Shown piece after piece: positions 10,134 through 21,944 of a stretch of DNA of 51,806 nucleotides. The DNA comes from an uncultured Pseudomonadota bacterium (GTDB taxonomy: Bacteria; Pseudomonadota; Gammaproteobacteria; Steroidobacterales; Steroidobacteraceae). Both the position numbers and the translations under genes were made by a program. The notes under the pieces are model-generated. The model worked only from the letters and a program-made list of their open reading frames with translations, was not told the origin of the DNA and ran no database searches. The number at the start of each line of letters is the position of its first letter. Within the stretch, counting starts at the first letter, position 1. The stretch is from NCBI GenBank assembly GCA_903908825.1, contig CAIVTJ010000045.1, positions 1 through 51,806 of the forward strand, read 5' to 3'.

Positions 10134-11128
10134 CAGGGTCCACCCTCCAGCACAGGATCGATGCCATCCGGCTCGTCCGCGTCTTCATCGTCCTCATCGG
10201 CCAAGCTGGCCAGGGCGGCGACTGCTTCAGCCTCGGCCTGCTGCAAAGCGGCCTCAACCGCCGCACCATCGACGTCGATAGACGGCCGGCCGCCCCGCAC
10301 ATGCAGCGGCGCAAACGGTTCGGTCTGCACGATATCGACCAAGCCTTCCCGCACCAACTGCAACATCGCCATGAACGTGACCACCACGCCCATGCGCCCT
10401 TCTTCAGGACGGAACAGCGTTTCAAAACCCACAAACTGATCGGGCTGCAACAACGACAGGATGTGCGTCATGCGCTCGCGTACTGAAAGCCGCTCGCGCT
10501 GCACATGATGGTGGGCGAACATCTCGGCGCGCAATGCGACTTCGCGAAACGCCAGCAACATCTCGTGCAGCGACACCTCCGGCAGCAGGCGGGTGACGCG
10601 CCGTTCATCAAAGGCCGCCGTGGCCAACCAGTGGTCGCGCTCCAGACGCGGCACGGCATCGATGTGTTCGGCTGCGCGCTTAAACCGCTCATATTCCTGC
10701 AGCCGCCGCACCAGCTCCGCGCGCGGATCATCTTCGGTGCCTTGCGCCGGATCACTGGCACGCGGCAGCAGCATGCGTGACTTGATCTCGGCCAGCGTGG
10801 CCGCCATGACCAGATATTCGCCCGCCAATTCCAACTGCATCTCGCTCATCAATTCGATGTAGCGCGTGTACTGGCGCGTGATCTCAGCGATGGGGATGTC
10901 GAGGATGTCGAGGTTCTGCCGGCGGATCAGATACAGCAGCAAATCCAGCGGTCCCTCGAAGGCATCGAGAAACACTTCCAAAGCCTGCGGCGGGATGTAC
11001 AGATCGCGCGGCATCTCGGTCATGGGCTCACCGAGCACCATGGCGAAAGGCATCTCACCCTGCTCGGGCGAGAGCGGCAGATCAAAGCCTGCAGCCTCGA
11101 CCTGTGCGGTCAGCGTGGGGGTATTCAT
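10133..11128 (-). CDS. scpA: Segregation and condensation protein A (kleisin)
   Basis: Starts at ATG 11128 (MNTPTLTAQ...), forming an ATGA overlap with the trpS stop. Has the FEGPLDLLLYLIRRQNLDILDIPIAEITRQY signature. The longer track ORF reaching 11407 overlaps trpS and is rejected. Confidence 0.9.
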   Translation of the reverse strand: MNTPTLTAQVEAAGFDLPLSPEQGEMPFAMVLGEPMTEMPRDLYIPPQALEVFLDAFEGPLDLLLYLIRRQNLDILDIPIAEITRQYTRYIELMSEMQLELAGEYLVMAATLAEIKSRMLLPRASDPAQGTEDDPRAELVRRLQEYERFKRAAEHIDAVPRLERDHWLATAAFDERRVTRLLPEVSLHEMLLAFREVALRAEMFAHHHVQRERLSVRERMTHILSLLQPDQFVGFETLFRPEEGRMGVVVTFMAMLQLVREGLVDIVQTEPFAPLHVRGGRPSIDVDGAAVEAALQQAEAEAVAALASLADEDDEDADEPDGIDPVLEGGP

Positions 11129-12336
11129 GGCGGCGTCAGGTGCATGACCGCACGCACTTCGGCCATGGTCTGACGCGCGGCGGCACGGGCTTTTTCGGCA
11201 CCGGCCTGCAAGAGTTCGGTGACCTGCTGCGGGTCCTGCTGAAACGGCTGTGCCCGCTGCTGCATCAGGCGGGTTTCGGCGACCACGGCATCGATCAGCG
11301 GTTTCTTGCAATCGAGACAACCGATGGCCGCCGAGCGGCAACCGGTCGCGACAGTCTGCTGTGTGGCTGCATCCGAATAGATGCGATGCAGATCCCAGAC
11401 CGGGCACTTGTCCGGATCACCCGGGTCGGTGCGGCGCGCGCGCGCCGGATCGGTCTGCATGGTGCGCAACTTGCGGGCGACTGAATCGGCATCCTCACGC
11501 AGGCCGATGGTGTTGCCGTAAGACTTGGACATCTTGCGGCCATCCAGTCCAGGCACCTTGGGCGTGGGCGTCAGCAACACCTGCGGCTCGGGCAGGATGC
11601 TGATCGACAAGCCGTCCACATAGCCCAGCAGACGCCGCGTATCTTCAGCATTGAGCCCTGCGGCCAACACCACGCTGCGTGCCACTTGCCGCGCCTGAGT
11701 ATCGCCGGACTGCTGCAACTGCCGGCGCGCCTGCGCGTACTGGTCGGCACCCGGGCTGCCCAACAGACGCGCCGACTTTTCGGCTTGTTTGGCAAAGTCC
11801 GGCTCGCTACCAAACAGATTGTTGAAGCGGCGGGCGATTTCGCGGGTGATTTCCACGTGCGCCACCTGATCTTCACCGACCGGTACAAACTCGGGCCGGT
11901 ACAGCAGGATGTCAGCGCTCTGCAGCAACGGGTAACCCAGAAAACCATAGGTCGCCAGGTCGCGATCCTTGAGCTGGGCCTGCTGATCTTTAAAGGTGGG
12001 CACGCGCTCCAGCCAACCCAGCGGCGTGACCATCGACAGCAGCAGGTGCAACTCGGCGTGCTCCGGCACCTGCGACTGCACGAACACCGTGGCCACAGCC
12101 GGATCGATACCGGCGGCCAGCCAGTCGATGACCATCTCGCGGATGTGCAGTTGCAATTGCGAGGTATCTTCGTAGCCGGTGGTCAGCGCATGCCAATCGG
12201 CAACAAAGAAAAACGCCTCATGCGTGTGCTGCAAAGCCACCCAGTTGCGCAAAGCACCGTGGTAGTTGCCCAGATGCAGTTGGCCGGTTGGGCGCATGCC
12301 CGACAGCACGCGACCGGTGGGTATAGGTGTATTCAT
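11125..12336 (-). CDS. trpS: Tryptophan--tRNA ligase (long form)
   Basis: 403 aa. HIGH-type motif GQLHLGNYHG, KMSKS present, VPVGEDQVAHVEITREIARRFN. Carries an insertion before KMSKS and a C-terminal 4-Cys motif (see finding). Confidence 0.95.
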   Translation of the reverse strand: MNTPIPTGRVLSGMRPTGQLHLGNYHGALRNWVALQHTHEAFFFVADWHALTTGYEDTSQLQLHIREMVIDWLAAGIDPAVATVFVQSQVPEHAELHLLLSMVTPLGWLERVPTFKDQQAQLKDRDLATYGFLGYPLLQSADILLYRPEFVPVGEDQVAHVEITREIARRFNNLFGSEPDFAKQAEKSARLLGSPGADQYAQARRQLQQSGDTQARQVARSVVLAAGLNAEDTRRLLGYVDGLSISILPEPQVLLTPTPKVPGLDGRKMSKSYGNTIGLREDADSVARKLRTMQTDPARARRTDPGDPDKCPVWDLHRIYSDAATQQTVATGCRSAAIGCLDCKKPLIDAVVAETRLMQQRAQPFQQDPQQVTELLQAGAEKARAAARQTMAEVRAVMHLTPP

Positions 12337-12354
12337 AAGCGGCGCATTATAGGG

Positions 12355-12975
12355 TCAAGCAAAGGGCGTGATGTCGCCGCGACCGTGGCGGACGATCAGC
12401 GGCGGGGAAACTGTCAGATCGATGACCGTAGTGGGCTCTATACCGCAGTGGCCAGCGTCCAATATGGCGCCCAGCTGATCACCCAGCCGGTCGCGGATCT
12501 GCTGACCGTCGGTCAGCGGCAATTCATCGCCGGGCAGCAGCAAGGTCGAACTCATCAGCGGCTCACCCAGTTCAGCCAGCAGCATCAACGGCACAGGATG
12601 GTCGGGCACCCGGATGCCTATCGTGCGCCGCTTGGGATGCTGCAGCATCTTGGGCGTCTCGCGCGTGGCTTCCAGCAAAAAAGTATAGGCACCGGGGGTA
12701 CGCGCCTTGAGGATGCGAAACTGCGGCGTGTCGACGCGTGCATAGCGGGCGATCTCACTGAGGTCACGGCAGACCAGCGTGAAATGATGGTTTTTGTCGG
12801 CTTGGCGTATCCGCCGCACCCGCTCCAGCGCCTCGCGATCACCCACCCGGCACCCCAGCGCATAGCAGGAATCGGTGGGATAGGCGATCAACTGACCCTC
12901 GCGCATGACATCCACAGCCATCCGCACCAGACGGGCTTGCGGATTGCGCGGGTGAATTTCGAGGTACTGCGTCAC
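12355..12975 (-). CDS. yciO: L-threonylcarbamoyladenylate synthase-family protein, YciO-like
   Basis: Sua5/YciO/YrdC fold signature: IAYPTDSCYALGC ... GAYTFLL ... IGIRVPDHP ... PLMSSTLLLPG. A GTG start at 12975 gives about 206 aa, the length of E. coli YciO. The longer ORF reaching 13062 would overlap yciB. Confidence 0.85.
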   Translation of the reverse strand: MTQYLEIHPRNPQARLVRMAVDVMREGQLIAYPTDSCYALGCRVGDREALERVRRIRQADKNHHFTLVCRDLSEIARYARVDTPQFRILKARTPGAYTFLLEATRETPKMLQHPKRRTIGIRVPDHPVPLMLLAELGEPLMSSTLLLPGDELPLTDGQQIRDRLGDQLGAILDAGHCGIEPTTVIDLTVSPPLIVRHGRGDITPFA

Positions 12976-13021
12976 TAGGCTATGATAATCGCCCGATGGC
13001 ACTACTGGCGGCCCATTGCCG

Positions 13022-13606
13022 ATGAACGCCCTGCTCGAATTCTCGCCGCTGCTGGCGTTCATGGTGGCTTACTACGTGGGCGGCATCTATGTGGCCACCA
13101 CGACGTTGATGGTGGCCATGATCGTGGCGCTGGCCGTCCTCTGGGTACGCTCCAGGCGTCTGCCGCGCATGTACCTGCTCAGCACGGTGCTGGTGCTGGT
13201 GTTCGGTTCCGCCACGCTCATTCTGCACAGCCCGGTCTTCATTCAATGGAAGCCGACCATCTTCATGTGGCTGGTGGCGGCGGCTTTTCTGCTCAGTGGC
13301 TTCTTCGGCACGCAAACCCTGGCGCAGCGGGTGCTGCAACCGGCACTGGGCACCGACATCGTGCCTGCCAAAATCTGGCAACGGGCCAACCTCATGTGGG
13401 TGGTGTTCTACGCCGTATCGGGCTTGGCCAACATTGCTGTGGCCCGGCTGTTTTCCGAACAGGTCTGGGTCTATTTCAAGGTCATCGGCCTGACGGTGCT
13501 CAGCTTGGCCTTCATCATGGCGCAGGCCTATTGGCTGGCGCGACTGGCTGCGCCCGCACCCGACCCCGAACCGGCGCCTGCCGACGCCGGCGCCACACCC
13601 GAATGA
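13022..13606 (+). CDS. yciB: Intracellular septation protein A (inner-membrane protein YciB)
   Basis: MNALLEFSPLLAFMVAYY... aligns by eye with the E. coli YciB N-terminus MKQFLDFLPLVVFFAFYK. Multi-TM protein with a FIQWKPTI motif. An alternative TTG start lies at 13016. Confidence 0.85.
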   Translation: MNALLEFSPLLAFMVAYYVGGIYVATTTLMVAMIVALAVLWVRSRRLPRMYLLSTVLVLVFGSATLILHSPVFIQWKPTIFMWLVAAAFLLSGFFGTQTLAQRVLQPALGTDIVPAKIWQRANLMWVVFYAVSGLANIAVARLFSEQVWVYFKVIGLTVLSLAFIMAQAYWLARLAAPAPDPEPAPADAGATPE

Positions 13607-13896
13607 CTGCCGCTACCGACACGCCGGTGATGCAGGCTCTGCGCACCTGCCTGCAGCAGGCCTTGGCACCGGTCGAACTGACCATCGCCGACGAAAGCGC
13701 TGCACATGCCGGTCATGCCGGTGCAGCTTCCGGCGGGCACTATGCGGTGCGCATCGTATCGGCCCGGTTCACCGGTCTGGCCGTCTTGGCCCGGCATCGT
13801 CTGGTCTACGATGCGGCCGCCACACTGCTGCAAACCCGCATCCACGCACTGCGCATCGATGCCCGCACACCTGATTCTGTTTCCCCTCTCTCCTGA
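13603..13896 (+). CDS. BolA-family protein
   Basis: 97 aa, ATGA overlap with the yciB stop. Contains DESAAHAGHAG...HYAVRIVSARFTGL..LARHRLVY...IHALRI, the BolA pattern. yciB-bolA synteny is common. Confidence 0.8.
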   Translation: MTAATDTPVMQALRTCLQQALAPVELTIADESAAHAGHAGAASGGHYAVRIVSARFTGLAVLARHRLVYDAAATLLQTRIHALRIDARTPDSVSPLS

Positions 13897-13915
13897 CGCA
13901 AGGTAACTGACTGCC

Positions 13916-14743
13916 ATGAACAACAAACTGCTTTGGGCCGGCGCTGCTGGCTTAGTCGTCCTGCTGACCGTTTCCGGCTGCGAGAAGCTCAAGTCCACCT
14001 CAGCCACACCGACGACCGGCGCACCGGTAGCGGTCGTCAACGGCAAGTCCATCAGCCGCAATACCTTCGACTATTACGTGCAAGGCGTTACCGGCAAGCC
14101 GGCCAGCGAAGCCACCGACGAGCAAAAAGCGCAGCTGCTCGATAACCTGATCCGCGGCGAACTCATCGCCGCCCAAGCCGAGAAGAGCGAAGTCGGTCAG
14201 GCCCCCGAGACCCAGGCCGTGCTCGAACTGACACGGTTGAACGCGCTGCAACAAGCAGCCTCAGCGGCCTACCTGAAAGACCGCAAGCCCACCGACGAAG
14301 AGATGAAGGCCGAGTACGACCAGCAAATCGCCAGTCTGCCGGCCAGCGAATATCACGCCCGCCACATCCTGGTGGCCAACGAGGATTTCGCCAAAAAGCT
14401 CATCGAACAGCTGGACAAGGGCGCCCGCTTCGAGGACCTGGCCAAGAAAGAGTCGATGGACCCGTCCAAGGCCAATGGCGGCGATCTGGGTTGGTTCACG
14501 CCTGACCGCATGGTGCCGGCCTTTGCCGCGGCAGTGACCGGTCTCACCAAGGGCGCCTATACCAAGACACCGGTGCAGACGCAGTACGGCTGGCACATCA
14601 TCCGTCTCGAAGAAACCCGTGCCATGACCCCGCCGAGCTTGGATAGCGTCAAAGATCGCCTGAGCCAGATCGTGGCTGCCAAGAAGTTCAAGGCTTACGC
14701 CGACGAACTGGCCAAGACGGCGCACATTGAGAAGAAGCTGTAG
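13916..14743 (+). CDS. Peptidyl-prolyl cis-trans isomerase, parvulin (PpiC) type, lipoprotein signal
   Basis: Lipobox LLTVSGC. Parvulin domain YHARHILV...GGDLGWF...TQYGWHIIRLE. Confidence 0.9.
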   Translation: MNNKLLWAGAAGLVVLLTVSGCEKLKSTSATPTTGAPVAVVNGKSISRNTFDYYVQGVTGKPASEATDEQKAQLLDNLIRGELIAAQAEKSEVGQAPETQAVLELTRLNALQQAASAAYLKDRKPTDEEMKAEYDQQIASLPASEYHARHILVANEDFAKKLIEQLDKGARFEDLAKKESMDPSKANGGDLGWFTPDRMVPAFAAAVTGLTKGAYTKTPVQTQYGWHIIRLEETRAMTPPSLDSVKDRLSQIVAAKKFKAYADELAKTAHIEKKL

Positions 14744-14818
14744 GAAAAACCCTACAGAAGATCGGGTGGTTTACCGATAGTCGCCCTGTGACATAAACCA
14801 CACACTTGATCCTTTAGC

Positions 14819-14842
14819 GGGTCGCCAGCCGTGCGGCGACCC
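14819..14842 (+). terminator. GC-rich hairpin downstream of the PPIase gene (possible terminator, no clear U-tract)
   Basis: GGGTCGCC (14819-14826) pairs with GGCGACCC (14835-14842) across an 8-nt loop. There is no T-run afterwards, so it is weak as an intrinsic terminator. Confidence 0.3.
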
Positions 14843-14852
14843 GACAAAGGAT

Positions 14853-17892
<3,040 letters not shown>

Positions 17893-17896
17893 GGTG

Positions 17897-20800
17897 TTAG
17901 GCCGCCGCCGTGTTCAGAGCCGCCAAACGCGCGGCTTCGTCGACATCAACCGTGACTACGCGTGATACGCCTGGTTCGTTCATGGTGATACCCAATAGCT
18001 GCGAGGCCAGTTCCATGGTGGTCTTGTTGTGCGTGATAAAGATGAACTGTACGCGCTCTGACATCTCGCGAACGATATCGCAGAAGCGATCGACGTTGCC
18101 TTCATCGAGGGGCGCGTCCACTTCATCGAGGATGCAAAACGGTGCCGGGTTCAAGTCGAAGATGGAGAACACCAGCGCCACGGCGGTCAGCGCCTTCTCA
18201 CCACCCGACAGCTGCGAGATCGAGCTGATGCGCTTGCCGGGCGGACGCGCCATCACAGCCACACCGGCCGTCAGGATGTCATCACCGACCATTTCAAGGT
18301 AGGCATGACCACCGCCGAAGAGGCGCGGGAACTTATCTTTGAGCCCGGTGTTGATACGGTTGAAAGTGTCTTCGAAGCGCGTACGGGTTTCTTTGTCGAT
18401 GCGGCGCATGGCTTGCTCCAGCGTATCAAGCGCATCGGTCAGGTCTTTGAACTGCGCATCCAGATAAGTCTTGCGCTCGTTCTGCTCACGCAGCTCATCG
18501 ATAGCGGCCAGGTTGACCTGCCCCAGCTTCAGCAAGTCTGTTTGCACGGCAGCGATGCGATCTTCCCACTGCAAAGCGTCGCCATCGGCGGGCACGGCCT
18601 CCATGACCTCTTCCAGGTCAAAGCGCAGCGCCGCAAACTGCTCGGCCAAGGACTCGCGACGCAATCGTGATTCCTGTACGCTCAATCGCGCTGACTCAAG
18701 CGCGCTGCGCGCTGCTTGCACGCGCTGCTCGGCTTGCAGCCTGCGCTCATCGAGTTCGCGCAGCTGTGCTTCGGCCGCTTCCAAGGAACGACGTGCTGCG
18801 GCCAACTCGGTTTCTGTCTCTAAGCGCCGCGCCAAGGCTTCATTCAGGTGCTGCTCCAGTTGCTCCAGCGGCTGATTGCCGGACAGCAGTTCCTGTTCGA
18901 GCTGCAACTGACGCTGCGCCACCTGCGTCTGCTGTTCCTGCATACGTAGCAGCGCTTGATCCATCGACTGCGCGGTAGAGCGCCGGCCTTCCAGTTGGAT
19001 CAGCAGCTCCCGTGCCCGCGCCTGCGCCGCTTGTGCGCGCTGCCGCGCCTCGTGCGCAGCCGTGCGTCGCTCCTGACGTTCAGCCTCCATCTCATGACGT
19101 TTGGCATCGAGCCGTTCGAGTTCGCTGCTGGCGGCATCAAAAGCAGCCCGCGAGCGGGCCAGAGCCAGCTGTGCCTTGTCTTGTTCGACCCGCACCTCGG
19201 CCGCTTCGTTGGCTATGCGCTCACGCCGCAGATCGGCTTGCTGGCTGCGCGCCCGGCCAGCCTCGAGTTGGCCACGCGCCTCGGAATGCGCGCGGTAGGC
19301 CGCCTGAATAGCCGACTGCATCGCATCGCGTTGACGCTCTAGCTCAACGACCTGCGCGCGCAGTTGCAGCACCTGCGCTTCCTGAGCTTTGACCGTGGCC
19401 TCGTGTTCGGCCAAGGTCTGGCGCAGCGTTTTGATGCGTTGTTCACGCTCGATGACGCCGGTGTGCACATCAGCGCCACGCACCGCGCGCAGCCAATCGC
19501 GACCGACCCATTCACCACTGCGGGTCACGAACGATTCCTGCGGCCCCAAACTGCTGCGCCGCGCCAGGGCATCACCCAACGAGTCAGCAGTGCGGATGCC
19601 GACCAGGCGCCGCACGATGGCAGCAGGGCCTTGCACCTGCGCGGCCAGCGACTGCGCATCGCTGCTGGATTCACCGGCACCGCCTTCGATGAGCATCACG
19701 TGGCCCTTATCGAAGCGCTCAAGGCTGGCGGCGACAGCATCGAGGGTGTCGATGCACACGGCTTCCAGGTAATCGCCCAGCACGGCCTCCACGCCGCGCT
19801 CCCAACCGGCAGACACCGTCAATTGCTCGGCCACGCGGGGACGTCCGGCCAGACCGGAGGCGTTCAACCAACGGCCCGACTCACGGTCGCGATCACCCAG
19901 CGCCACCTTCTGTAAGGCCTCCAGTGACATCTGTTCGGCGCGCACCTTCTCGCGCAGCTTACGGGCGGACTCCAGGTTCGCATCCAGCGCATGCTGCTGC
20001 TCGCGCAAAGTTTGCAAGGAAGCCAGCGTCGTCTTGAGTGAACCAGCCAACTCATCATTGGCCACACGCGTGGCGGCCTCGCGCTGTTCGAGCACCACCA
20101 GCGCAGCCGAGGCATCGGCCGCCAACAACTGCTCGTGCTCTATGGCCAAGCGATCGGCCTGCGTTCCTAAGCGGCGCAACTGTTCTTCAAATTGTTCGAT
20201 GCGCGTGCGTTCGACCTGCGTGGTCTGGCTGCTGGCACCTAACTCGCGATTGAACTGCTCCCACTGCATTTGCCAGTGCTGCAGGGCCTCATCCAATTGC
20301 GCCAACTCCACGCCACGGGCCTGCTCTGCGGCCTGCGCCTGCTCGGCTCCGGGCGCAAGCTGCGCGATCTCCCCGTGCAGGTTGGACAACGAAGCCTGAT
20401 CGCGACTGATCTGCTGCGAGAGTTCGGCCAGCATGGCGGTGGCGCGTGCCAATTCACCGCGGCGACGCTCGCGCAGTTCACGCGCGTGCGCCAGCGACTG
20501 CTCTGTACGCGAGACATCAGCGCCCTGCTCATAGGCACGGGCTTGGATGACAGCCAGTCGTTCGCTCTCGCCAGATTGATATTCGCGCTGTTTTTCGACG
20601 GCTGCTTCGGCACTGCGCTGCTCTGCCAGCGACTGCTGCAGGCTGAGGTCACAGTCACGCAATGCCCGGTCGTTGACGGCCGCGCCACTGTCAATGTCGC
20701 GTATGCGCAAGGCCAGCAGTTCGGCGCCTAAACGCCGCTCTTCATTCTTGAGGTCCTGATATTTACGCGCGCTGACGGCCTGACGCTGCAAGTGACGGAT

Positions 20801-21412
20801 CTGCTTTTCGACCTCATCACGGACATCCTGCAGACGCTCGAGGTTCTCGCGCGTGTCACTGACGCGCGCTTCGGTTTCGCGCCGCCGCTCTTTGTAACGG
20901 GATATGCCAGCGGCCTCTTCCACAAAGGCACGCATGTCTTCACTGCGCGCCTCGATAACGCGCGAGATCATGCCTTGTTCGATGATGGCGTAACTGCGGG
21001 CACCCAGACCCGTCCCCAGGAACAAGGTGGTGATGTCCTTGCGACGGCAACGCGCGCCATTGATGAAGTAGCCCGAGTTGCCATCGCGCGCGACCACGCG
21101 CTTGAGCGATATCTCGTTGTAGCTGGCGTAAGCGCCGGTGACTTTGCCATCGCTGTTGTCGAACAGCAGTTCGACCGATGCCGTGCCCACCTGCTTGCGT
21201 GCATTGGAGCCGTTGAAGATGACGTCAGTCATGGTCTCGCCGCGCAACTGCCGCGCCGACAACTCGCCCATGACCCAGCGGACGGCGTCGATGACATTGG
21301 ACTTGCCGCAGCCGTTCGGGCCGACCACGCCGGTCAGGTTGGACGGAAAACTGACTGTGGTCGGATCAACAAATGATTTGAATCCGGCCAGCTTGACCTT
21401 GGTAAGTCGCAT
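17897..21412 (-). CDS. smc: Chromosome segregation protein SMC
   Basis: 1171 aa. Walker A GPNGCGKSN, long coiled coils, a hinge, signature motif LSGGEKALTAVAL and Walker B FCILDEVDAPLD. Confidence 0.97.
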   Translation of the reverse strand: MRLTKVKLAGFKSFVDPTTVSFPSNLTGVVGPNGCGKSNVIDAVRWVMGELSARQLRGETMTDVIFNGSNARKQVGTASVELLFDNSDGKVTGAYASYNEISLKRVVARDGNSGYFINGARCRRKDITTLFLGTGLGARSYAIIEQGMISRVIEARSEDMRAFVEEAAGISRYKERRRETEARVSDTRENLERLQDVRDEVEKQIRHLQRQAVSARKYQDLKNEERRLGAELLALRIRDIDSGAAVNDRALRDCDLSLQQSLAEQRSAEAAVEKQREYQSGESERLAVIQARAYEQGADVSRTEQSLAHARELRERRRGELARATAMLAELSQQISRDQASLSNLHGEIAQLAPGAEQAQAAEQARGVELAQLDEALQHWQMQWEQFNRELGASSQTTQVERTRIEQFEEQLRRLGTQADRLAIEHEQLLAADASAALVVLEQREAATRVANDELAGSLKTTLASLQTLREQQHALDANLESARKLREKVRAEQMSLEALQKVALGDRDRESGRWLNASGLAGRPRVAEQLTVSAGWERGVEAVLGDYLEAVCIDTLDAVAASLERFDKGHVMLIEGGAGESSSDAQSLAAQVQGPAAIVRRLVGIRTADSLGDALARRSSLGPQESFVTRSGEWVGRDWLRAVRGADVHTGVIEREQRIKTLRQTLAEHEATVKAQEAQVLQLRAQVVELERQRDAMQSAIQAAYRAHSEARGQLEAGRARSQQADLRRERIANEAAEVRVEQDKAQLALARSRAAFDAASSELERLDAKRHEMEAERQERRTAAHEARQRAQAAQARARELLIQLEGRRSTAQSMDQALLRMQEQQTQVAQRQLQLEQELLSGNQPLEQLEQHLNEALARRLETETELAAARRSLEAAEAQLRELDERRLQAEQRVQAARSALESARLSVQESRLRRESLAEQFAALRFDLEEVMEAVPADGDALQWEDRIAAVQTDLLKLGQVNLAAIDELREQNERKTYLDAQFKDLTDALDTLEQAMRRIDKETRTRFEDTFNRINTGLKDKFPRLFGGGHAYLEMVGDDILTAGVAVMARPPGKRISSISQLSGGEKALTAVALVFSIFDLNPAPFCILDEVDAPLDEGNVDRFCDIVREMSERVQFIFITHNKTTMELASQLLGITMNEPGVSRVVTVDVDEAARLAALNTAAA

Positions 21413-21477
21413 CGGGAGGAGATTTCCATTGGCACGCGCACAAGGGCGGATCGCTAGTGTAAATTACCGCCCCAATC

Positions 21478-21867
21478 ATGAGTACCAAACCTTCAACTTC
21501 GTTGGGAACCTTTCCCAACCCCGCCCCGCAGCGCGACTACACCATCCGCATGACCATGCCGGAGTTCACCTGCCTGTGCCCCATGACCGGCCAGCCGGAC
21601 TTTGCCACGCTCAAGCTCGAGTACGTGCCCGACCAGCTGTGTCTGGAGCTCAAGGCGCTCAAGCTCTACATCTGGTCATTCCGCGATCGCGGCTGCTACC
21701 ACGAGGCCGTGACCAACGAAATCATCGCCAACATGGTGGCCACCATCTCGCCGCGTTTCCTGCGGCTGACGGCCGAGTTTCTGGTCCGCGGCGGTATTTA
21801 CACGACCATCGTGGCCGAGCACCGGGCCTCCGGCTGGACTGCGGCCTCCGTCGTTCAATTGCCCTGA
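21478..21867 (+). CDS. queF: NADPH-dependent 7-cyano-7-deazaguanine reductase (type I)
   Basis: 129 aa with [15 protein letters not shown] (catalytic Cys) and [11 protein letters not shown]....HEA motifs. Confidence 0.93.
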   Translation: MSTKPSTSLGTFPNPAPQRDYTIRMTMPEFTCLCPMTGQPDFATLKLEYVPDQLCLELKALKLYIWSFRDRGCYHEAVTNEIIANMVATISPRFLRLTAEFLVRGGIYTTIVAEHRASGWTAASVVQLP

Positions 21868-21875
21868 ACGGAAGC

Positions 21876-21903
21876 TGTACAGTCCCGGTCACACCGGTAT
21901 AAT
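21876..21903 (+). promoter_or_regulatory. Putative sigma70 promoter for dksA (TGTACA-16 nt-TATAAT)
   Basis: Perfect -10 TATAAT at 21898-21903. A -35-like TGTACA sits at 21876-21881 with a 16-nt spacer, about 40 nt upstream of the dksA ATG. Confidence 0.45.
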
Positions 21904-21944
21904 CGCGCGTCCTGCATCACAGGCTGATGTTAAAGGAGCGCGAA

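Noticed and set aside
10133-11407. Extended 424-aa version of scpA with a 92-aa N-terminal extension. The same issue applies to the long track versions of nusA (to 31449), family A genes (to 34346 and 35712), yciO (to 13062) and the PQQ dehydrogenase (to 47046).
   Set aside because: The extensions overlap the upstream gene or lack the signal peptide. Internal ATG or GTG codons with RBS-like sequences, or ATGA coupling, give proteins whose N-termini match the family or form proper signal peptides.
11686-12978. 430-aa plus-strand ORF antisense to trpS and yciO. Similar long antisense ORFs occur at 23475-24635, 24642-25817, 38383-39468, 40788-41726, 3192-3899, 5689-6462 and 4693-5478.
   Set aside because: Their translations are Arg/Gly/His/Gln-rich and low-complexity, with no recognisable motifs. 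The opposite strand encodes unmistakable conserved proteins. Long stop-free antisense frames are expected in high-GC DNA.
12976-13021. GATAAT (12984-12989) in the yciO/yciB divergent spacer as a yciB promoter -10.
   Set aside because: It is plausible, but the -35 would fall inside yciO coding sequence with no good match, and the evidence is a single hexamer. Not reported as a feature.
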